A stretch of DNA of 64,000 nucleotides from Epiperipatus broadwayi (Eukaryota > Animalia > Onychophora): assembly GCA_028023455.1 (NCBI GenBank), contig JAQFVV010000001.1, positions 34,286,001 through 34,350,000 on the forward strand, written 5' to 3'. This document shows positions 53,336-64,000 of this stretch, in pieces. The notes beneath the pieces were generated by a model that was not told where the DNA came from, searched no databases, and worked only from the letters and a program-made list of their open reading frames with translations. The position numbers and the translations under genes are program-made. Each line of letters starts with the position of its first letter. Position 1 is the stretch's first letter.

Positions 53336-53448
53336 CAGCTATGTCTGGGGAAATTGGTTAGCCACCTTTCCATTCACCCTCCCTGTTTTTCCCATATTCT
53401 TCTCTATCCGGCTCCATTCTACTTCTGCAATATAATTTTTATCAACTC
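53336..53448 (-). repeat. Copy 2 of the unassigned dispersed repeat
   Basis: Minus translation DKNYIAEVEWSRIEKNMG..NGKVANQF; about two-thirds nucleotide identity to 51053-51165 by eye. Confidence 0.6.
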
Positions 53449-55593
53449 CATGGCCTTTATATCAAAGTTGCCCTTATCTTTTCCCAAATCCAGCATAAGA
53501 ACTAAATACAGCAGTGCCATCACAATACTTCACGAGAAACCATAGTATAAATGAAAATTGTTAAAATTGATTGACAGAAGAAATAACCTGAATTGATAAT
53601 TACTTAAGTTGATTTTTATTCATGTTAAAAAGATGAAATGCTTCACGATAACTTTATATAATTTTATTATTATAAAATAATAATAGGTAATTCATGAATT
53701 TATTTAGTTGGTGATTTATATAGATATTGAAGCTATGCGCACATCTATCTTCATTGGTAGTTAATATTAATAATTGGCTTGAATATATTAAGGTATTGAA
53801 GATTTAATATAAGGAATCAAATAATGATTATCATGCATATATATATATATACCTAATTCTCTTTTTATACTTTCCCGAAAATTATGTGTAAAAGAAATTT
53901 GTGTGTATATATGAAAAATAAGATTAGTTCTGAGCTTAAGAAATCAATGAAAATAACTAAATAAACCATATAAAAAATTCTGTTTGAATGTTATATTTTG
54001 TGTGTGCTATCAAATTTTGCTTCATACACATTGAACATAAATACATAAATTTCATTTGAAAAATAAAAAAACTTTAAAGTGATAACACTTACATGGTGAA
54101 ACATTCATTGATTTCTCTACACAAGGTATTGAAAACTTTAATGCTTAAAGCATATCGTCACTTCCATATTATAAGTAAAAAATTGAAATAAAAATTATTG
54201 ATGTAATTTATTGGAATTTATTGTTTTTGTTTTATTTATTTTTAACAACACATTCAAAAAAAGAAATTGTAGGCCTTCACGATCTGTACATTTATCAAAA
54301 ATACAGGCAACATCTTGCTTGTCCATAAACAGAAATGTACCCAAGATTTTATTTGCTATTACTGTCTGACAATAAACGCATGTTTGCTCATGATTGGAAT
54401 ACCATTGCTATCACTAAAATTTGCAATGTATAACTTAACCATCTACTGATTTTTGGCAAAATTAATAGATATAAATTTAAACAAAATTACATTTTTTTAA
54501 CATCAATATCAATAAGGAATTTTTTTTAAAAAAAACAAATGTCAAAATAACAATACCAAAAAGGTACTTCCCTTTCAAAACAAAATGTCAAAAGCATTAC
54601 AATGCAGGCAAACAAATGTCTCTGTTTGCAGGAATATTGCTGAAAATAAAGAGATTAATTTTTTTTAATTAGATGATAATAACTGACTTTTTTTTTTTTT
54701 ATTTTATAACATAATCGTGATGAACTCTATTTCAGAAACTAATTTGTAAATAAACACTGAATTAAAAACATTTTCAATCTTCTAAAAATGAAAATAAATT
54801 ATTTTATATTACTTGCATGAAATTATTTCTAATTTTTAAAAAATATTTAATAAATTAAGACAATCTAAGAATTATTTTGAGAATGTAAGTTGATTTTTTT
54901 TAAGCCTTCCAGACAATGTTCATTTCTTCATTCCAATTATGAATATGTCACAGCAGTCTAATCCCAAAGTACCATTTATTTATTTTGCTGGTTGTGTTAT
55001 TTTAAAACAACTCTTGTAGAAAGAGAAATATATCTTTTAAATTTGTGTTATTTCAAAATCATGTAAAAAGAGAATTATGTATATATGTATATGCAGAAGT
55101 CCTACTCCTGCTCATAAGTTGAAATTAATGCACACATGCTTATTTCTCCCCTTATTATTTTTCATATATTACAGCAAAAGCCTAGCATACAATGACTTAT
55201 TCTTTTTTTTTCATTGATGTAATTATTTTCTGGTTTTAATTATTTATGCATGCATATGGATAGTATATCAAGTTATTAATATCATGATAAGAGTCCATAT
55301 CATGTCCACCTGCTCATATTATTGTTGATGTATCTGTTTTTGAATATATCTTTATCTCCTTATGAAGAGTGTACTAAATTATTACTGAATAGTAAATTAT
55401 ATCATTATTGTTAATGGTAAAATGTAATATATTTCTATATAACATATATCGTATTTTATGATACTTAGATACACGATTCATAACTCTGCATGCTAGATCA
55501 TTGAGTTCAGAGCTAATTTTTGTTTATATTTATATAAACTGATGAATGAATTGTTTATATTCATGTAAAACATTCAGAAATGATATTATTATA

Positions 55594-55931
55594 GAGGATT
55601 AAAGAACTAATTAAAAATACCCTTACATATTTTATAAATAGGTTCATCCTTAATAATGAAATAATAAGAAACATCCTAATAAAGAAATGAAAAACTTCAT
55701 GTCTGCAAGAGCCGCATGTTAAAATTGTGATATATTCAAGAGCCACAATTAAATTTTTGAAGGAGGGTTAATGAATTAATTAAAAATACCCTTTCATATT
55801 TGATAAATAGGTTCATCCTTAATAATGAAATAATAAGAAATACCCTAATAAAGAAATGAAAAACTTCATGTCTGCAAGAGCCACATGTTAAAATTGTGAT
55901 ATATTCAAGAGCCATAATTAAATTTTTGAAG
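55594..55931. repeat. Recent tandem duplication, 169-bp x2
   Basis: 55594-55762 and 55763-55931 are nearly identical (ATAAATAGGTTCATCCTTAATAATGAAATAATAAGAAA..CTTCATGTCTGCAAGAGCC..GATATATTCAAGAGCCA). Confidence 0.92.
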
Positions 55932-57300
55932 TAATCAATAGAAGCAAATATTTCATTTTTCTTATTAATAAGATTTATTGTACTAAAAAATTCAAGAAAA
56001 TAAAATTAATAATTGAGAACAAAATCAATAAAAAAAATTATTTAGTATTCCCATGTGAATGTATCTGATTAGCAAATACGTTAAAATTTGGCTTATAATT
56101 TGTTAACAAAGCAAACAATAGTTCTATAGGGTTCATTCATAAGTTATGCTTAATGTTTTAATTTTACAAATTTCAGGTATTAAATGTGAATTAGGATTTA
56201 TGTAAAACTTTGTTTTGATGATGAACATATTGTCCAGAGAATCAAAAGTGATTTTATGTATCATTGTTTGAAATCATCAGTTATATGCTATTACTCTACT
56301 ATATATGATATATAATTTGGCAACTAGGTTAGCTTGGGTTTAAATCTTATATGATTCACTAGTCATTTACTTGACTAGTTTAATAGAAGATGGCTACTGG
56401 ATGAATTTAAAATTCAATGCCTCTCATTTTCAAATCATTTAATGTTTTAGGTAATGTGAGGGTATTTTAGCTGAAGGTTTGTTTGTTTTTTTTGCATAAT
56501 TGATCAGATTAATGATATATTATATATATAGTTTTATAGTTGGGTCCTCTGTTTATTACCGATAGACTTTTTAGAGCATAGATAATGGAATAAAAAGGTC
56601 ATTTGTGAATAACAAACAGTTCCTGACCATAAACTCCTAGTGCCTTGCAGGATAGAATGTTGGTTCATCAAAGGCTCTCTTTGCCTTCTTTGGGCACATT
56701 ATTGCAGAGTCCAATCATCACAAACCTCTCATGCCATCAGATATCTCTTTATACTAATTATGATAATGTATGTTTGGTTATGCAACAACATTTCCTTTTA
56801 ATTATATGCATAGCATTTTTTAACTCTTGAGAATTAAGTCAGTAACAGCCGTAACAGAATTAATAGCTTGGAGTCTATAGTTTTGATCTTTGTTTGAAAC
56901 AATGTAGTTATAATGAGTCAGTTTTGAACTGGATTTCAATGAGACAGGAGTTTGACTGCCAGAAATCATATTTGAAGGAGTCCTATTTAAATATTTCCCT
57001 GCTTACCAAGGAAGTGGAAATGCTAGAAAATTCAGTTCTAAAAATGACCGGCCTCATATAATCTATCCTAGGTTACTATGCCTGGTGGATTACTCCTTTC
57101 AGTGGTAAAAAAATAACAATAGTAATAATATCAGTAGTAGTGTTAAAGCATGATAAAGTGATTGTAATAATTTATTACTATATATGGAATGTGAATACTT
57201 GATACAAACTCCTCAAGGCCTAGAATGTCACTAATGGCTAAAGGGCTGTCAAGATTTAATATAGATATAGCTGCTTTTAGGGAAATTCATCTTCTAGAGT

Positions 57301-57350
57301 AAGAGTGGGGAACCTCAGGCCAGAAGGTCAAATCCAGCTCTCAAACTGGC
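57301..57350 (+). mobile_element. Decayed hAT/Charlie 5' end
   Basis: AAGAGTGGGGAACCTCAGGCCAGAAGGTCAAATCCAGC follows TCTAGAGT. It resembles Charlie-type CAGGGGTGGGGAACCTGCGGCCCG termini at an NTCTAGAN target; no partner end found. Confidence 0.35.
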
Positions 57351-58129
57351 TTTTGATTTATTTATTTTTAATGTACATAAAAAGTGATCTTGTATAAAAC
57401 TTTTATTTAAACATGTGTACAACAAATATTGAATTAAGAAGAGATAATATTTACTTTCTCTCTTTTCTACCTTAATAATAGTTCTAGTTCATTTTGTCAG
57501 AGCTGCAATGTTCCAAAAAAATTTATCCATATTGTATGGTATATGTGACTACAAATTTAATCTGAAAGCATCTGGATTACTTTTATAATCCTTTTCACAT
57601 TAATCTATAAAAATGAGGGCATTATGTTTTGGTTTTATAGTGATTTTCATAGATAAATATATACTAGCGAAAATAAAATTTATTATTTTTGCATTTTTTT
57701 TTTTTAATGACTACATCAATTAAGATAAGAAAAATTGGTATGAAAAGTCATTTCGAAAGAAGTATACCAATGCATTTTTTTTTGTATAGAAAGAAATAGT
57801 AATTCAATGAGTCTGATATGTCTGGAAAATATTATAGTTATTAAATAAAACACAACTATTTATCAAAACATTTAATTACAACAAACATGTTTGGGAAGAA
57901 AAAATATTAAATAGAAAATTTAAAGAACTTCAAATGACAATTCGATGAAAGTAAGTTATATTATTTAAAAAAAGAAAATTCTAAACCAATTTCTGAAGGA
58001 AAGTTTATGAAAGACTATCCTAGTTGCTGTAGAATTAATCTACCCACAAATAAAAAGTAAAAACTAAGAATATAAATGTTGAAAAACAGTTACATGGTGA
58101 ATTAAAAATTTTGTCACTAAATATAGAAA

Positions 58130-58336
58130 TTGGCCTTTCATTTGAAATGGTTGCCCAACCTTAATGATTAGGAGTATATAAATTAAATTTTTGATCAAAT
58201 TTAGCAAGATAGTTTTTAAATTGATAATTTTGTATGATCCATGGATAGTTTTTAAATTGATAATTTTGTATGATCCATGAATGATATTACAAATATCCCA
58301 ATGGCCCTTGGCAGAAAAAAAGATTTCCCATCCCTG
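58130..58336 (-). mobile_element. 5' end of a hAT/Charlie-group element resembling the Myotis hAT1 family, with an internal 36-bp tandem duplication
   Basis: Minus strand CAGGGATGGGAAATCTTTTTTTCTGCCAAGGGCCATTGGGATATTTGTAATATCATTCATGGATCATACAAAATTATCAATTTAAAAACTA. Flanked by TTCTAGAG (58337-58344), the Charlie target consensus. CATGGATCATACAAAATTATCAATTTAAAAACTATC occurs twice. Confidence 0.7.
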
Positions 58337-58726
58337 TTCTAGAGAAAGGAAGTTTAAAAAACAAATGAATGGATACAAGTTTTTTTTTTTTAAAAAAAAA
58401 AAAAAAAGGCAGATTGGTTTATTAAAGAAGAATGCATGGTATTGGATTTTCTGTAAAACCTAATTTAATATCTTCTGTATTGTTATGTCTTAATATCTTC
58501 TATTATTATGTCTGTGAAAGGCGAATGGTGTAAAATTCACCTTGCACAATGGAACTAATGCCTATGCTCCAAGCTTGGATTCAAACTTTTATTCCTTGTT
58601 GGATAATAGATTTTTTTATCTTTTTTTTTTGGAAACTTTATTGTGTATATTGATGTAAACAGTAGTCTCTTTAAATGCTATTAGAAATAATGATCTTTTT
58701 TTCTTAATGATGAAAGTGTTTATTCA

Positions 58727-59410
58727 TCAAAAAGACAAAATACAAAACAGTTTAAAAAGGTTTACAAAGAGATGATTACATTGCAAAATGAAATTCAAGT
58801 ACAAAATGGTGAAAGGGAAGGGAATACATATGAAATGAGAAGAGGATATCAAAAGGGTGTGTAGACCAGGCAAAGAGAAGTGTCTTTGATAAGGAGCAGT
58901 GTTGATAGGCTTGGTTGACCTGGTAGATTGATAGGAGGATTCCATTGTGACATTAACTTTGGAGGAATTGCTATATGTTAAGTGTTTAGAGGTTTCAGGG
59001 GTGGATGGGGAGATTTCTAAATAAGGCTTAGATGCAACAGGCTGAGTTTTGTCTTTCGTAGATGAGTAATTTTAGTTTTTCCCGTTGTACTACTTGGAGT
59101 GGCATTATGATTGGTTATGTTGTTCTTTTTGGTTTGCTTTTTACCTTTGATAGAGCAAACTACAGCCTGATAGGGAGGAAAATCCAGAGGGCAAGGAGAT
59201 GGAGTCTTTGAAATAAGTTCTTTGGTGATGATGCTTTTAGTTAAGTTTTGTTTGAAATTCGATTTGGGTAATTTTGGAGATTTTAGTTCATGTAGTTTAG
59301 GTCTCTGCACATTTTTTCCACTAGGGGCAGTGGCCATCTTTAAACCGTTTGAAAGAATGAAAAGTAATATGAAGAAAACAATTTTGAAATGGGAAAAATT
59401 AAATGTATCG
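58727..59410 (-). pseudogene. Unassigned P/S/T/K-rich ORF relic behind a strong minus-strand splice acceptor
   Basis: Acceptor T-run-GCTTTTACAG at 59411; ATG 59337 opens MATAPSGKNVQRPKLHELKSPKLPKS (106 aa, stop 59017). Downstream ORF 58727-58945. Confidence 0.35.
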
Positions 59411-59959
59411 CTGTAAAAGCAAAAAAAAAAAAAAATCACTGGAAAACTTTTTATTGATAATTTTAGTTGAGTAATGAGAAAATTGAATGGAATTTTAGGC
59501 GGTTAGTTACCCCAGAGGGGGGGGTGGTGGAAAAAAAGATTGTTAAAAATGGCCTAAATAACTGGAATAACACTCAAAAAAATTTTATAAACAAGTTCTA
59601 AGTGACAGGAAAATTGGAGGAGAAATATTTAGGAGTCTAAGAGGGAATAAACCTCTTTATGGTTCATGAAACAGTTGAACCATCCGCCAAACAGGGGGGA
59701 AATGAAGTAGTTAAATGCTGATAAGCACAAGGTAGACATAGGGAAATTATCTTTAAAATGCACTAAAATTGAGATTTAGTGAATGAAAGAGTACATTAGC
59801 AGCACAATAAGGCCTTTAAAGGGCCAAATAAATATAAAAGGTACCTTTTACTCCTGCAAAACCAACTTTTCAGAGCCATTCTGTGCGAGCTGTGAGAAGG
59901 ATGACTTTCCAGTAAGAGCTCCACCTATGGACTTTATGCTGCCAATTCCAATGATTTGT

Positions 59960-62420
59960 TATTATTGAATTTACACATAACTCATAGATTGATTATCACA
60001 AATACTTTATTTAAGCAAATAAACCATTATAAAAGATCATGGATTCATCCATATTTAAAACAATGACATTTAATAGGTTATCAGAGTATGAGAGGAATTC
60101 ACATTAAGTATTAATGTAAAATAAGAAAAATTTTATTAGGTTTTAATGAGTTCTTTAAAAAATTAGAGATTTAATCCTAAGTAATATTTTAACCTCTATT
60201 TTAGACAGTTGATTCTACAAAAGTCCACAATATTTAAACATATACATATTAAATGTGATTATCATATTTTGTCCCATTTAAGATTTTTTTTTTTTTTGTT
60301 TTGACACAGATTAGTATGCTTCAAAATTAAAATTATAGTGGCATTTAAAAATATATATTATTTCAGTTATATTCATAAGAAGATTTGTTTGTTTTTTTAG
60401 AAACATCAGCTATATATACACTAAAGATCAATGGCTATTAAACTCTTAAAATTACTCATTTCTATCTTCAAGTCTGTCATATTACTGAAGCATGGAATTC
60501 TCTTAAGGGAATGTGTTATGGATAGAAATGAATCTATTTTTATTTTATTTTTTGGATTCAATAAAAAGAATAATCGTGACTGGTTTTTTGATAATGATCT
60601 CATTATCTAGCGATTTGATTAAAAAGGAAATGTGACATTTTCTACTAGGCAGAATCATGCATTAAATGTGGAACTTCATAATAAATACAGAGATCTGAAG
60701 TTAGATGACTGACAAAAAAAATGATTGAAAGATTAAAACTGGAAAGAAAATACAGACATTCACTGATAGCGATCATTCTATATCTGTTTTTGATGCATTA
60801 CAAATTACTTATTGCCCTGTTTAATAAAATCATATTCCTATTAAATTCAGTAATGACACTTATATAATAACTATGGTATTTTGATCTTTTGTATAATGAC
60901 AGAAGCATTGAGATGGCAGCTTTTAATGATCTACTTACTTTATATACTCTTTTAGATTTAGGGAAAGATGTCCAATTTAATGAAATCAAACAGTTTTTGT
61001 AATCTTAAAATTGGAAAGACTGCCGATCCTGATGAACTACATGGAGAAATTTTAAAATTTGATATGTTAGCTTCAGAAACATTGAAAATTTTTAGGAATA
61101 CATAGACCATGAAGTTATTTCACCTAATTCTAAAAAACACAAGGAATAGATAAGATTGTAGTCATTATTATACAAGAAAAGTTTCAGAATCAAATTAATG
61201 ATTTATATATTGCTTTTATTGATGTGGTCAATGCATTTGATTTACTTAATAGGATAGATCTATGAGTTTGTTTGTTTTTTTATTTACTCACCAAAATTTA
61301 TTTGCATTATACAGCTTCTACATACAACTGAAAAATGTAAGGCATTTGAAATAATACCTGATGTTAAACAGGTAAGTGTACTTTTTTCATTGCTTTCAAC
61401 TTTTGTGATAGTGGTCTCTGGAATTGTTTGTAGGTGGTTTAATCAAACAGAAATCAGGATATGATACAGATTTAATCATAGAATATCTTAATTTGGATAC
61501 TGGATTTACAGTATGCTGATGATTGTGCTGTTTTTGCCCATTCAAATATATATATAGGATATTCTTGATGTTTGTAGTGCAACATATAAATAGTTTGCTA
61601 TATCAATTAAATTTCAAAAACTCAAAAGTTCTTTACTAAGCAATGATAGAAGAAAAATTCTAATCAACTTTTATCTTGGACAATTATTAATTTGAGAATG
61701 TAAACTCATTTAAATACCTTAGTAGTTTTATAAGCAGAAAAGTGGGCTTAAATGTTGGGGATTGAACACAGATTTAGATAATTTTATCTCTGTGAAATAA
61801 TTGTTACAAGTAAATTAGCTATATATAGAGAGAGAGTTGTTTTACCTCATTTATTGTATGGAAATGAAATTTAAACATCTTATAGGAGCAATATAAATGC
61901 ATAATAAAAATTTTCATTTAAAAATACTCAGGAAAATTTTTAAATGCAATGACAAAATCATAAAACCAATCAATTTGTTCTTCATCTTGTTTGTATATTA
62001 CTAAAGAATCTACTTTTGTAAAATTACATCTTCATTATATTGGATATGTAAAACAAAGAAACAGTGTAAGACTCCCTTAAAAAAGTGTTTTATGGTGAAT
62101 TTTGGGCATGGTTTTTATAGGAGGGATAACTCCCATCTGTGTTATAAGGATTATCTCCAATAAAAAATGTAATGACAAGTCTTTCTATTGGATTGACATG
62201 GCAAAGGGTAGAATATATTCAAGAGTTAAAATTAGACATAGTGTTGACATATTTCATAGAGAAAATTTTTTTGCTGAAGAATTTAAGACAACATAGTAAA
62301 ATATCAAATAAACAGAAAAATGGCTCAACATATTCTTTATATTGAGATATTTGTGGTTCACAGATCGGTTTGTATTGCAGGGATGAAGTGTCCATGTATT
62401 GAACGGAATGAGTGCTTTCA
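59960..62420 (+). mobile_element. Long decayed RTE-clade LINE (endonuclease C-terminus, RT, C-terminal tail)
   Basis: Colinear motifs: LIITNTLF..KRSWIHPYLKQ*HLI (~59990-60085), KNNRDWFFDND (~60565), GKTADPDELHGEILK (~61015), AFIDVVNAFD (~61215), DVKQ (~61360), QYADDC (61509-61526), FKYLSS (~61710), LLYG (~61850), RLP..FYGE (~62070), CGSQIGLY (~62355). Confidence 0.9.
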
Positions 62421-63197
62421 TAGAAAAATTCACTTTCAATTTTTTTACCAATAGTTGAATTGTTCTTATATACAGTAAAGAATGAATTTGACTAATGCAT
62501 TTTTGATTATAAGAAGTTCAAACAATGCTAAGATCTAATTTACAGATAATGCTTTTAAGAATGCTAAAAAGATTTGGAAGATAACAGTATATTGATAATG
62601 TATTCTCTGATTTATAAATAAGAGATTTTAGATTTTTTTAGATGTTTATATATATATTTTAGGCACTATTACATAACAATTGTTGTGGCAAGTGAAATAA
62701 AAACATTAAAAAAAAAGTGTGCTTCTGTTCCTAAAAAAAAGTCACACTTCGTCATTTCAAAACTCATTTTTAGAGTAATTCACACCCTTCCCTTTTGAAT
62801 GAAAATGTCATACTCATTTATGAGTGTTTAGTATTATAACTTTCTAAGTCATACATATATGCGTAATTCATAGAAATACATATTTTTAAAAAGCACATTT
62901 TTTGTTTTAGTTAATTATGTATATAAATTTTTGATATAATGATGTTAATCTATACGACATTAATGAATTATCCTACTGATACGTCTATTTTTGATTTCAC
63001 TTTTTTAAAAAAAAAAAAAAATGATATTGTACTTAATCCAGAATAGAAAAGATTATTAAAACAACTTATTGTATATATATATTAATTTTAAATAATTTGA
63101 TTGTTATTTGTTTGCTTATGTGCATTATAATCTCATTAATATTTTTTTACCTATTTATTTTGATTTATTGATCTGCATACTTATGTCTATATTTTAG

Positions 63198-63285
63198 AAC
63201 ATTTTCATATTTTCGTTGGAGATCTTAGTCCAGAAATTGAAACACAAACACTTCGGGAAGCCTTCGCACCATTTGGAGAGATTTC
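63198..63285 (+). CDS. TIA1: Internal coding exon of a TIA1/TIAL1 (TIAR, Rox8) family RNA-binding protein, start of RRM2
   Basis: TTTTAG acceptor and GTAAGT donor bound an 88-nt exon (phase 1 / phase 2) translating (E)[28 protein letters not shown](S). This is the RNP2-containing start of TIA1-family RRM2, in the arthropod-like version. Confidence 0.95.
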
Positions 63286-64000
63286 GTAAGTTTTCTAACC
63301 TTTTTTTCCATATTTTATCTTTTGCATTTATTTTGTTTAAAAAATGCTAGCTTTTTTTGTTGTTGTTATTGTTCATATAATTTATGCATGTATCAAACAT
63401 TTGTGTAGATGTTCTTTCATTTTTCTATTTAATATTTATTGTTTTATAATTATATATGTATAGAGTATTTGAACTGGTAAATAATTTGATAAAAAAAAAT
63501 TAATTTAAAACATTTCTGTTGTTGTGAATTTTTGTTTATTGTGTTACTTTTTTTAAAAAAAAAAGAGAGAATTTTTTAGTCAATAAGAGACAATTTATAA
63601 TTGCAGTAATATAGGGAAGGAAGAAAGCAAAACTATCTTATAGAAAATTGTGAAGGAGGAATAAATGAAAAAGGAGAATTTTATCACCATTAACAATGTT
63701 TCTAACTTATAAATATATAATGAAGTGGTTCTTAAAATAAATTTGCCATGGATTTTTTTTTTTAAGATTTCCCATCCTTCCTCATCAAGAAGTCTTATGA
63801 TGTAGAAGAGATTCACATACACAGTACTATTTTAAAAAAAAAAACTGTTTTATCTCTAGACCATAAACAGCTATTTTACTGATAAATCTTTGAATTTGAC
63901 ACTATTGCTTCAGTCACTATAATAACACATGAAAAGAAGAAATGAATAATTTATGAAGTTTGAAGAGAAAAGATGGGTTACATATCAAAGCTTATTGATT

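Noticed and set aside
55594-55931. CRISPR-like or functional repeat array (also 26443-26750 and 14495-14536)
   Set aside because: Two-copy tandem duplications without unique spacers in a eukaryotic context.
61365-61380. Strong donor CAGGTAAGT as a host exon end
   Set aside because: It lies in the GVKQG motif of the RTE relic and no open exon precedes it.

Overview
AT-rich eukaryotic genomic DNA, probably arthropod. The window appears almost entirely non-coding. The only host exon I can support is an 88-nt + strand exon (63198-63285) encoding the start of RRM2 of a TIA1/TIAL1/Rox8-family protein. No upstream TIA1 exon was recognisable, so most of the window is probably one very large intron or upstream region. 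It is littered with decayed transposable elements: a Merlin (IS1595-like) transposase pseudogene, a Penelope-like RT/GIY-YIG fragment, a long RTE LINE relic plus small RTE pieces, several hAT/Charlie elements (one with an intact 8-bp TSD), pogo/Tigger relics, and a gag-only element with ~1.7-kb direct repeats. There are also palindromic MITEs, a tRNA-like head and local tandem duplications. The most unusual object is a young 0.7-kb insertion (13316-14033): a 12-bp TSD flanks an inverted-plus-tandem arrangement of a structured 342-nt non-coding unit. It reads like a twin-primed retro-copy of a dimeric or circular small RNA. A ~4.4-kb decayed minus-strand coding relic at the window start could not be assigned to a family. 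All alignments, translations and folds were done by eye; family names come from remembered motifs, not database searches.
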